From positions 1 through 28,185 of IMG/VR virus record IMGVR_UViG_3300030372_000482: a stretch of DNA of 28,185 nucleotides. One strand, given 5' to 3'. The notes under the pieces were generated by a model. It made no database searches. It was not told where the DNA came from and worked only from the letters and a program-made list of their open reading frames with translations. The translations under genes and the position numbers were made by a program. This document shows positions 9,916 through 17,513 of this stretch, in pieces (position 1 is the stretch's first letter; the number at the start of each line of letters is the position of its first letter). The DNA is from a virus (lineage: Duplodnaviria > Caudoviricetes).

Positions 9916-9973
9916 AAGTTATTTTTGGTGGTATTAGTTGTATTGTTAATTTGCCTATTTTAAATTTTATCAT
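9905..9973 (-). CDS. Micro-ORF, 22 aa (MIKFKIGKLTIQLIPPKITYGL)
   Basis: ATG overlaps the upstream TGA (ATGA); fills the 9915-9970 gap and overlaps the next start. Confidence 0.45.
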   Translation of the reverse strand: MIKFKIGKLTIQLIPPKITYGL

Positions 9974-10503
9974 TTTCCTATTGGATTATTTTCCATTGGT
10001 ATGAAACAAGTTTGAAAATCATTTTGTACTATTATTGATAATGGGAATACCCAACCTGTTAGTAAGTTATCAAATCTCTCTTCAAATGGTTCAAATGTGA
10101 ATTCACCTTCAGCAAAATATACAGGTGCATTTATATCTAATGCTAATTGTGATTGCCATTGTGAATGCCTTAAAACACCAACAATATCTGTACATATTTG
10201 TAAACAGTCATTTAACACTTCTTGATTGTTACTTAAATTATCTGCTGATTGAAAATTAGCTTGTGTCCAATCCTTTTTTTCACTAACCAAGTCCATTATA
10301 AATATTTGAAAATTGTAAGTTAATGTAGATTGCCCTGTTGCTACATTTACAGGGTTTATGTGCATTAATGGGAATTTAGTATTTTTTTCTAAATCAATAT
10401 CAAATATATCACCTGTTGTTGTTGTGCTTATTTGGTCATGTTGTTTACCAAGTTCTTTTAAAGTATCAATTATGTTGTTATATGTTTTATTTTGTACTGC
10501 CAT
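9970..10503 (-). CDS. Putative tail terminator/completion protein
   Basis: 177 aa, acidic; GDIFDID...FPLMHINP...YNFQIFIMDLV...FEPFEERFDNLLTGW; position in the tail operon. Confidence 0.55.
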   Translation of the reverse strand: MAVQNKTYNNIIDTLKELGKQHDQISTTTTGDIFDIDLEKNTKFPLMHINPVNVATGQSTLTYNFQIFIMDLVSEKKDWTQANFQSADNLSNNQEVLNDCLQICTDIVGVLRHSQWQSQLALDINAPVYFAEGEFTFEPFEERFDNLLTGWVFPLSIIVQNDFQTCFIPMENNPIGK

Positions 10504-10756
10504 CTAAATTTACTTGTTTTGTTATATTTAAATCTGTTTCATAACTTAACCACGTTAAACATTCTAATAAATTAAGTTTTGTTATCTTTTCTAAATTAAC
10601 TATTTCACCATTTGTTAATCTATACATCACACCGAACCAACCCCATTTATCTGCAAAATCACCATCTGTTATTTTTTCTTTATCATTTGTGTTGTCCGTT
10701 CCGTCAAATACAATAGCATAATCCTTAAGTAGTTGTTCACGAAATTGTAAAAAAAA
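10487..10756 (-). CDS. -1 frame extension of the tail chaperone-like gene (GT-like fusion, ~261 aa total)
   Basis: The -1 frame through the T9 run reads FFLQFREQLLKDYAIVFDGT...DFADKWGWFGVMYRLTNGEIVNLEKITKLNLLECLTWLSYETDLN...STK* and covers the otherwise empty 10504-10668 gap. Confidence 0.7.
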   Translation of the reverse strand, partial: FFLQFREQLLKDYAIVFDGTDNTNDKEKITDGDFADKWGWFGVMYRLTNGEIVNLEKITKLNLLECLTWLSYETDLNITKQVNLDGSTK

Positions 10757-11271
10757 ACCAATGCACCTTGCACTTGTTCTGCTGTCATTTTTTTCATCAG
10801 TTCCGCCCTGACTCGTATATTGCCATCATACGCTTCTATTGCATAAACATCTTTTTCTTTTTCTACTATTGGCCTATAAAGTATTGCCATAATTTCAGGC
10901 ATCTTTTCTTTTATTCCATTTTGTATAAATGTTTCAATATCTGCATATTCTCCTAATGTTAAATCTTCTAAATTAGGATGAAAGCCATACTGCTTACCAT
11001 CTATTGTTATAATCTGATGTAAAGAACTGTTTTCTTCTAATTGCAATTCACTCATGTACTTCATAATTGCAGCAACATCTTGAATGCTCAACTCTTTTAT
11101 GAGTTTTTTAGGTATATCTGAAATAACACTTATTGTTTCTAGTGCTTCTTCACTTTTAACCTTTTCTTTTAATGCAATTAATTTTACCCACTTTTCCAAC
11201 GTTACATCTGCCCAACTTTCAATTACTTTATACTTTTTTGTTTTTCCGTTTTTCTTAATTTTTACTTTCAT
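10669..11271 (-). CDS. Putative tail assembly chaperone (gpG-like)
   Basis: 200 aa; SWADVTL, YGFHPNLEDLTLGEYADIE, IMAILYRP, ALVFF; slippery G GTT TTT TTT T at 10759-10749. Confidence 0.6.
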   Translation of the reverse strand: MKVKIKKNGKTKKYKVIESWADVTLEKWVKLIALKEKVKSEEALETISVISDIPKKLIKELSIQDVAAIMKYMSELQLEENSSLHQIITIDGKQYGFHPNLEDLTLGEYADIETFIQNGIKEKMPEIMAILYRPIVEKEKDVYAIEAYDGNIRVRAELMKKMTAEQVQGALVFFYNFVNNYLRIMLLYLTERTTQMIKKK

Positions 11272-11283
11272 AGCTTTCTCATT

Positions 11284-11313
11284 TATATAATAGAAATTTG
11301 TTTAATTTAGTTT
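11284..11313 (-). promoter_or_regulatory. Putative late promoter, copy 3 (tail operon)
   Basis: AAACTAAAT-N10-TCTATTATATA in the terL-chaperone gap. Confidence 0.75.
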
Positions 11314-12625
11314 ACGATACATAATACTTACCATAATTATTATCTATTTGGTAATACATTCTTATTGCCATAGCATCTGAATAATCAGGTGAACGCCCTA
11401 TAATATCTTTTACTGTATCTTTTGGTATTATCTGTAATTTAGTATGATCTTTATCTTGGTTTTGCATTCGCACTTGTTCTAGTTCTTCAATAATATAACT
11501 CTTTACATTTACATCACTACATGTAATTCCTAATTGTCCTGTATTTATAACTTCTGCTAATTTATAATAACATTGTGTTTTTAAGTTTTGATAGTTTTCA
11601 TTTTTTAATGGTCTTGCATTAGCTTGAAATGATTGACAACGTAAGTAATCTTTAACACCACCACCAACACCATCAGAATCAACAATTATATTTCTTAATG
11701 GTACTTGATTATCTTGTTGTAGCTTCTTAATTTCATCCACAACCTCGTTTATAGCCGATTTAAGAATACTTCTCACATATTTAATATGTAACCCTTGCCA
11801 AAGCATTATAACTGTTCTATCGCCCCCAAAACGTGCCACATCACAACTTATGTATTTTTCACCTTGTATTCCTTTGTTTTCAAATAAACCTATTATTGCA
11901 TTGTAATCAATTAAAGAATCTTTGCTTAAATCATATTCCCAATTACCATATAATAATCTTTGTTTAGATAATTCATCTAATCTATTTAGTTGTTCTTTAT
12001 AATGTATTGATATGTTTGCATTATCATCTACTAATGCTTGTATAAACTTGCGGTGTTTGGGTAATTTGTTTTCTTGATACTTTCTGTAAAACTCTGTATA
12101 TACCCAATTTTTAGATGGATTGCAAGTAAGTATTAATTTTGGTATAAGATTGTATTCATCAAGTTTATATCTCAATCTACTTGCTACAATGTTTTTTGCT
12201 TTTTCTGTGATTTGATTGCATTCATCAATTGCTGCCATAGTAAGTTCAAGAGAACCCAAGCTATCGAAATTCCTATCAGAAGGGTACTGAAAAAGGTCTT
12301 TAAGAATAACCTCACTACCATTAAAGAAAGTAATAATGTTTGTTTGCGCATTATAGTTATAATGTTTTGGCGTTTCTAAATTCCATTGTTTACATACATC
12401 AAAAAATGTATTAAGTGTTGTAGTCTTTAATGCTGTTAATTTGCTACGACCTAATAATACTCTAATACCTTTATATTTAATACAATGTGTTATTAAAGCT
12501 GCACATATAAACCAAGACTTACCACCACCTGCACCCCCACCAAATAGTATTTCATTAGTTTCTTTATCTTTTAAATACAAAAAGGCAATATCTTGTTTAG
12601 CTGTTATTGTTGGTCTTATTCGCAC
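11312..12625 (-). CDS. terL: Terminase large subunit
   Basis: Walker A GGAGGGKS, Walker B AAIDE, motif TCNP, RNase H-like SCDVARFGGD, C-terminal SPDYSDA; GTG start. Confidence 0.93.
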   Translation of the reverse strand: MRIRPTITAKQDIAFLYLKDKETNEILFGGGAGGGKSWFICAALITHCIKYKGIRVLLGRSKLTALKTTTLNTFFDVCKQWNLETPKHYNYNAQTNIITFFNGSEVILKDLFQYPSDRNFDSLGSLELTMAAIDECNQITEKAKNIVASRLRYKLDEYNLIPKLILTCNPSKNWVYTEFYRKYQENKLPKHRKFIQALVDDNANISIHYKEQLNRLDELSKQRLLYGNWEYDLSKDSLIDYNAIIGLFENKGIQGEKYISCDVARFGGDRTVIMLWQGLHIKYVRSILKSAINEVVDEIKKLQQDNQVPLRNIIVDSDGVGGGVKDYLRCQSFQANARPLKNENYQNLKTQCYYKLAEVINTGQLGITCSDVNVKSYIIEELEQVRMQNQDKDHTKLQIIPKDTVKDIIGRSPDYSDAMAIRMYYQIDNNYGKYYVS

Positions 12626-12971
12626 CTATATTAAATTCTATTGTTATTGGTTCATCACCTGATGTTAAATCAACTTCTTGCTTTTCATTGTACCCACGTT
12701 TACGCCCTCTTGTTCTTAAAAAGAATGTAGTTGCTTGAGTACTACCATTTTTAATTTGTTCTTTTAAATGTGTTTCAGCAAAATCAATAAATTTATTATC
12801 AATACTATCAACTGCTTTTCTATATTCTGCATCATCTTTATACCACTTGTAATGTTGTGTTCTACTTAAACCTGTTTTTTCACAGGCTTCTGTTACAATA
12901 CCTAATGATACTTCTAATGCTTCTAACATTATTTCTTTACTATCTTGTGTTCGTTTTGTTCGTTTGTCCAT
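12597..12971 (-). CDS. terS: Terminase small subunit
   Basis: HTH-like GIVTEACEKTGLSRTQHYKWY, ATTFFLRTRGRKRGY, EVDLTSG; overlaps the terL start. Confidence 0.8.
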   Translation of the reverse strand: MDKRTKRTQDSKEIMLEALEVSLGIVTEACEKTGLSRTQHYKWYKDDAEYRKAVDSIDNKFIDFAETHLKEQIKNGSTQATTFFLRTRGRKRGYNEKQEVDLTSGDEPITIEFNIGANKTNNNS

Positions 12972-12973
12972 AA

Positions 12974-13003
12974 TATATAATAGAAATTATTTATATTCGT
13001 TTG
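12974..13003 (-). promoter_or_regulatory. Putative late promoter, copy 4 (terminase operon)
   Basis: CAAACGAAT-N10-TCTATTATATA, ending 2 nt before the terS ATG; upstream half overlaps the end of the NinB-like gene. Confidence 0.75.
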
Positions 13004-13370
13004 GTAGCATTAATCTAATACCAAGTTCTGATAATGCCCATATTCTTATATGTTCAGCATATATTTCAAAATCTTTAGTATTCATTCTTGCTGTACTGTT
13101 AACTGTTTGTAGCCCTATTGTTTTTTCATTTACTTGTACCTTTTCCCATTGACTAGCAAATTTAACTTTTAATATATCGTGCATTTCATCATTAAAATAT
13201 CCTAATTCTTCACCTAATGCTTGAACTATACATTTCCAATAATAATTATTTTGCATTAATGATCTATTGTTTTTTTGTTTCTTAACATCTACTATATAAT
13301 CAGAACCAAGTTCTTTCAAATACTTTATCAGGCTTTGCTTATCTTTATCATCCTTTATTACAAACTTCAA
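12987..13370 (-). CDS. NinB/YbcN-like recombination accessory protein
   Basis: RSLMQNNYYW and STARMNTKDFEIYAEHI match the NinB-type RS.xQN..(W) and ST..M...EF patterns. Confidence 0.65.
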   Translation of the reverse strand: MKFVIKDDKDKQSLIKYLKELGSDYIVDVKKQKNNRSLMQNNYYWKCIVQALGEELGYFNDEMHDILKVKFASQWEKVQVNEKTIGLQTVNSTARMNTKDFEIYAEHIRIWALSELGIRLMLPNEYK

Positions 13371-13996
13371 AATATCCTTTTTTGTGCTTTATGTTGTTCT
13401 ATTCTTTTCATAGCTGCATCATAGTATTCTTTATCTAATTCACAAGCTGTTAAATCATATCCTAAATTATGACAAGCAATAGCTATTGAACCACTTCCAA
13501 GATGTGTGTCTAAAATTTTATCACCTTTTTTTGCATAGTTCATTAAACAGTAATCGTATAAAGTTGGTGGCTTTTGGGTTGGATGGAACTTTTCGCTTTT
13601 GTTTTTATAAGCACTGTATCTTAACATTTTATTAGCTCCTTTAAAAGAAGTCCAAGCATATTCGCAATCTGAAAAACTTAACCCTTTTGGTATTTGTTTA
13701 TCCCAAATTATAAATTTACCGCACGGTGGTAGGTCAAAATAATTACCTCCCCAAATTATTTGATTTTTACTTACTCTAAATAGTTCATCAAAGTATTCTT
13801 TTGTAGGTGTATTGCTATCCCAATCTTTGGATTTCCATTTTCTATTCTTTGCCTTACTTGCTTTTGGTGTATTTCCTAGCCCCATATTCATATTTGCTAA
13901 ATCAATTCCATAAGGAGGGTCTACAATAGCTAGGTCAAAGTAGTTATCTTCATACCTTGCCATCAGTTCCATATTATCTTCGTTAGTTATTTTCAT
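13367..13996 (-). CDS. DNA N6-adenine/N4-cytosine methyltransferase (beta class), orphan
   Basis: Motif IV DPPY near the N-terminus, HPTQKP, motif I ILDTHLGSGS near the C-terminus; no cognate restriction gene seen. Confidence 0.9.
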   Translation of the reverse strand: MKITNEDNMELMARYEDNYFDLAIVDPPYGIDLANMNMGLGNTPKASKAKNRKWKSKDWDSNTPTKEYFDELFRVSKNQIIWGGNYFDLPPCGKFIIWDKQIPKGLSFSDCEYAWTSFKGANKMLRYSAYKNKSEKFHPTQKPPTLYDYCLMNYAKKGDKILDTHLGSGSIAIACHNLGYDLTACELDKEYYDAAMKRIEQHKAQKRIF

Positions 13997-14265
13997 TAAT
14001 CAAAGTTTTCATTTATACCACGATCACCTAACAATCTTTCTTTTGCACCATCCCAAAGTTTATCATGTCTTTTTTTTTTATTTAATGATGGTTCTGTTCT
14101 TATAAGACTAGGGAATCCATCAAAGTCTTTTTCTATTTCTTGCATCCATTCACCACACTTTTGACAATATGCTTGTTCTGTTCTAACTTTACCATCAATT
14201 ACTTTTATTGTTGCCCTTGCAAGTTCTAAAGTATCATTACATTTATTACATATAAATTTTATCAT
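13996..14265 (-). CDS. Zn-ribbon hypothetical protein
   Basis: CNKC...CQKCG pairs; start/stop overlaps with both neighbours. Confidence 0.65.
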   Translation of the reverse strand: MIKFICNKCNDTLELARATIKVIDGKVRTEQAYCQKCGEWMQEIEKDFDGFPSLIRTEPSLNKKKRHDKLWDGAKERLLGDRGINENFD

Positions 14266-14525
14266 AGTTTACCACCTGAAATTAATGCCCCTGTTCTAGG
14301 GTACTCTTTTTTTTCGTTATTTAACCTATCTAATTCAAAGTTTAAATGATTAATTGCTTTTTGTATATCTTGTATTATAGGGTTGCCTTCTTTTTTACCT
14401 GCTCTTAATAAATATGTTATTGCTGTTCCTATATTGTAGCTATCTGCTTGAAAATCTTCAATTACTTTTCTTGCTTCATAGCCATGTGTTTTACCTATAT
14501 AATAATCTGGTATATCTTGTTTCAT
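14262..14525 (-). CDS. DUF3310-like protein
   Basis: PDYY...EARKVIE...YNIGTAITYLLRAGKK...DIQKAINHL fits the DUF3310 pattern. Confidence 0.7.
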   Translation of the reverse strand: MKQDIPDYYIGKTHGYEARKVIEDFQADSYNIGTAITYLLRAGKKEGNPIIQDIQKAINHLNFELDRLNNEKKEYPRTGALISGGKL

Positions 14526-14647
14526 TTTTTTCTGTTTTTATAATTGTAATACAAATATCCGAATATTGGTGTTCCAAATAATAAGGTTAGCAAACTAGGG
14601 TGAGGTTCACCGCAAAGTCCTGTAAAATGTTTTAAAAATTCAATCAT
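14522..14647 (-). CDS. Micro-ORF, 41 aa, one predicted TM segment
   Basis: MIEFLKHFTGLCGEPHPSLLTLLFGTPIFGYLYYNYKNRKK*; TGA overlaps the next ATG (ATGA); A-rich leader. Confidence 0.6.
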   Translation of the reverse strand: MIEFLKHFTGLCGEPHPSLLTLLFGTPIFGYLYYNYKNRKK

Positions 14648-14658
14648 GTTTTAATTTT

Positions 14659-14802
14659 AAAAAAAGGGTGGTACATTGTTGAATAGCTGTAAAGAACGAT
14701 TTTTAATTTATTAACTTAACTATATGTAGTTTTCAATCTGTACCTGACTTATACAAAGTATAACTGCTGAATTATTAATTTATATTAGTCTTAACCCTTT
14801 TT
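14659..14802 (-). ncRNA. Candidate structured RNA / attenuator-like element
   Basis: Nested inverted repeats: 14661-14669/14794-14802, 14670-14675/14739-14744, 14679-14683/14732-14736, 14718-14722/14727-14731, 14749-14754/14758-14763; ends in a U7 run on the minus strand. Confidence 0.4.
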
Positions 14803-15195
14803 ATGTTTATTATATATTCTTTTTATTGCTTCAAAACAAGTGCTAATACAAGAACCACAATTAGTTGTTGTTTTGTAATTAGTCATATGTATTGTGTTGT
14901 ATAACTCTATCATTTTTGCTTTTGCTTCTTGATCCTTTGCTCTACCTGTTTTTAAGTCTTTCCATAAATCTAAAACTTCATTTATTATTTCATCAGGTAA
15001 TTCATCAGGCGTTTCTATTTCTGTTGTTTTTTGCCAATATTTTTTTGGGCATTCCATTGGTGCTAATCTTGCTTTTATTTTCATAAAACACAAACAAACT
15101 TTGCAATTCCCTGTTAAACTAAAAAAAAATTCACAACTCTTGCATATAGATATTCTATCATTATAAACATTATTAGGTACAAAGAATCTATTCAT
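14791..15195 (-). CDS. Cys-rich hypothetical protein (probable metal binding)
   Basis: ICKSCE...CKVCLCFMKIKARL...CP..YW and C-terminal NCGSC. Confidence 0.7.
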   Translation of the reverse strand: MNRFFVPNNVYNDRISICKSCEFFFSLTGNCKVCLCFMKIKARLAPMECPKKYWQKTTEIETPDELPDEIINEVLDLWKDLKTGRAKDQEAKAKMIELYNTIHMTNYKTTTNCGSCISTCFEAIKRIYNKHKKG

Positions 15196-15724
15196 TTATC
15201 TTTTCTTTTATATGTTGTCTAACTTTGTCTATTGTGTTAAATATACTATTTCTACTAATACCTGTTTTTTTACTTAGAGAATCAAGTGTATTAGATTCAT
15301 AATAATACAACTCAAATACTTTTTTATCATACCAATAAACATCATCTAATACTTTATCTATCTGTTCTAATTTTTCTTGTTTGTAATTCCTTTCTATTTT
15401 TTCAGGTAAATTTTGTAAATTGTTGAATGTATTGTTTGTTGTATAGTAAATATTTATATGAGTATAGTATTTTTTATACTTATAATAAAATGGACTTCTT
15501 GGACTTGTTAATGACCTTTTTAAAACTACTGCACCATATCTTAACAAACCTTTTTCACCATCTTTTTTATATATTGATTTTAAACTTTGTTGATTCATCT
15601 GCATAAAATACAACATTAATTCTTGTACTGCATCATCAATAGTGTTTTTATCATTTGTAATACCATAACAAATTTCTGTAAAATCATCTGTTAGTTCTGA
15701 TATTATTTGATAAATTTTATTCAT
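15188..15724 (-). CDS. ECF-like sigma factor / sigma-70 region 2+4 transcription regulator
   Basis: Region 2-like IDDAVQELMLYF; region 4 HTH-like DKKVFELYYYESNTLDSLSKKTGISRNSIFNTIDKVRQHIKE; 178 aa. Confidence 0.7.
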   Translation of the reverse strand: MNKIYQIISELTDDFTEICYGITNDKNTIDDAVQELMLYFMQMNQQSLKSIYKKDGEKGLLRYGAVVLKRSLTSPRSPFYYKYKKYYTHINIYYTTNNTFNNLQNLPEKIERNYKQEKLEQIDKVLDDVYWYDKKVFELYYYESNTLDSLSKKTGISRNSIFNTIDKVRQHIKEKINE

Positions 15725-16073
15725 TTATTGGTTCTAATTTTTCTATCTTTGAAACTACATCTTGCACCATCTCATTTAAAACTACTTTATAAGATTTTAC
15801 TATTGTAGCGTTTCTTTTAGTTTCTATTGCTGCTAAAAAACCATTTGTTAATATAGAAACATTAATTGGTATTATCATTAACCAATCCCAATAGTTATTT
15901 TCTTTTGCACCTTTACCATAATTATTATGATACTCTATTACTACGTTTAAAACCTCTAAATAGTTTTGCCATCTTATATCATTTGCAACGTCTTTTACAA
16001 AGTCTTTATTCATAGTCAAAAAATCTTGAATTATTGCTTTGTGTTTATGACTAGCAAAGATTGGATTTTTCAT
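15717..16073 (-). CDS. Hypothetical protein
   Basis: 118 aa ORF in a tightly packed operon. Confidence 0.65.
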   Translation of the reverse strand: MKNPIFASHKHKAIIQDFLTMNKDFVKDVANDIRWQNYLEVLNVVIEYHNNYGKGAKENNYWDWLMIIPINVSILTNGFLAAIETKRNATIVKSYKVVLNEMVQDVVSKIEKLEPINE

Positions 16074-16094
16074 TTTGTAAAATTAAAAAAATAT

Positions 16095-16520
16095 TTATTC
16101 AATGTCTTTTTCTTTTTTCAAGTTATTAACATGAGTTTTATAATAAAGTATATCTTCTTCATATTCAAAACGCATTTTTTTTGCTGTTGTTTGTGCTAAC
16201 ATTTGCAATTCATGACTTGTACCTTCACCATATTTTGCATTTAATTTTATGCCAAATTTCCATTGTTCACCTTGTTCAAACATATTACATTTAACACATT
16301 GTACTTGACAATTTTGTTCATTCCATCTTGTTGCATGATGTCGCCTACTTTGAAAGTGTCCGCACTGCATACCTCCTTTTTTATAATGCGCTATTTTACC
16401 ACAAGTAAAACATTGCACTATTCCTTGTTCTGTTGCATCACGTAATCTTATATAAAGACTAAACCATTTATCAAGTTCTTTTTTTAATTTACTAATAGTT
16501 TTTTTCATTAAAACAACCAT
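16095..16520 (-). CDS. NinG/Rap-like recombination endonuclease
   Basis: LDKWFSLYIRLRD, CFTCG, QCGHFQSR, RWNEQNCQVQCVKCN; probable start at ATG 16508. Confidence 0.8.
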   Translation of the reverse strand: MVVLMKKTISKLKKELDKWFSLYIRLRDATEQGIVQCFTCGKIAHYKKGGMQCGHFQSRRHHATRWNEQNCQVQCVKCNMFEQGEQWKFGIKLNAKYGEGTSHELQMLAQTTAKKMRFEYEEDILYYKTHVNNLKKEKDIE

Positions 16521-16867
16521 TGAATAGGGTAATTAGTCTTTTTCTTTAGTTCACAACTCATGTGTACATTGTAGCCTAACTTTGCTTTCATTTTATCTTG
16601 TTGTGTTGTTTGCCTTTCTTTATACAATTTACCACGTAAATGTTCATTTTCTTCTTGTACTTTTCTACGCATTCTTGTAAGTCCTTCAACATTATGCAAT
16701 TTGTTTGTTGCATACATTGATAAAAATTCATGTGCTGTTATATTTTGTGTATCTATATTTTTTCTTTTTAATTCATTAGTCCAAAATCTTGCAATTAGTT
16801 TTGCATCACTATCACGTAATCTTTCATCTTTCGTTAATAGTATTTTTATTTCTTCTTTTGTTTTCAT
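16508..16867 (-). CDS. Hypothetical protein
   Basis: 119 aa; LRDSDAKLIARFW...EGLTRMRRKVQEENEHLRG. Confidence 0.65.
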   Translation of the reverse strand: MKTKEEIKILLTKDERLRDSDAKLIARFWTNELKRKNIDTQNITAHEFLSMYATNKLHNVEGLTRMRRKVQEENEHLRGKLYKERQTTQQDKMKAKLGYNVHMSCELKKKTNYPIQWLF

Positions 16868-16874
16868 ATTAATT

Positions 16875-16943
16875 TTAGTATTTGTGATTGTTTCTAAATA
16901 ATAAGTACAATAATAACAAGTTAATAAATATAAGTGTTTCCAT
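16875..16943 (-). CDS. Micro-ORF, 22 aa hydrophobic peptide (METLIFINLLLLYLLFRNNHKY)
   Basis: TAATG overlap with the upstream stop; fills the 16867-16943 gap. Confidence 0.4.
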   Translation of the reverse strand: METLIFINLLLLYLLFRNNHKY

Positions 16944-17311
16944 TATTTAAGTAGTTTTATTGGTTCTTGATAATAAGGTACTTGTGCTTTTGGTTTGTTT
17001 AATGTATGCACTTCATAATACGCTTGGTCAATTACTTTTTTATGTGCATACAACCATTTGTAAAAAGTTCTAATATTTAAAAATGGTTCATCTTTTCCAA
17101 ATCTCACACCCAATCTAAAAGCATCTTGAACTTGGTTAAATGTTAACTTGCCAAATCTTTTTTCTTGAATTAAATCATTAGCAAATATTTTAGCAAGTGC
17201 AGCCATTGTTTTGCCATCTGTTCTATGTCCTATTTCTATTGATGTTAAATTAATAAGATCATATACTTTAGTTGATAAATCTTTAATATTTTCTTGACTT
17301 AATGTTTTCAT
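16943..17311 (-). CDS. Hypothetical protein (position typical of a helicase-loader/replication accessory gene)
   Basis: 122 aa, downstream of the initiator; no P-loop seen. Confidence 0.6.
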   Translation of the reverse strand: MKTLSQENIKDLSTKVYDLINLTSIEIGHRTDGKTMAALAKIFANDLIQEKRFGKLTFNQVQDAFRLGVRFGKDEPFLNIRTFYKWLYAHKKVIDQAYYEVHTLNKPKAQVPYYQEPIKLLK

Positions 17312-17513
17312 TGTAAATTTTAATTAAATTTTGTATTTCTTTTTTATTTAAATAACCTGATTGATGTATTACAGTGTGTACCATTTTAGGTACTGCAATT
17401 AAATTATTTAAATTATTATTATCATGATTAAAATCTATATGATGTATATCCCAACCTTTAGGAATTTCACCAATATTGTTAGTATATAATTTTCTATAAT
17501 TAATTTTTTTCAT
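17283..17513 (-). CDS. Small HNH endonuclease
   Basis: IPKGWDIHHIDFNHDNNNLNNLIAVPKMVHTVIH fits an HNH motif. Confidence 0.75.
   Translation of the reverse strand: MKKINYRKLYTNNIGEIPKGWDIHHIDFNHDNNNLNNLIAVPKMVHTVIHQSGYLNKKEIQNLIKIYNENIKSRKY

Noticed and set aside
16123-16131. Isolated TTATTAACA
   Set aside because: Single copy in coding sequence; expected by chance at this AT content.
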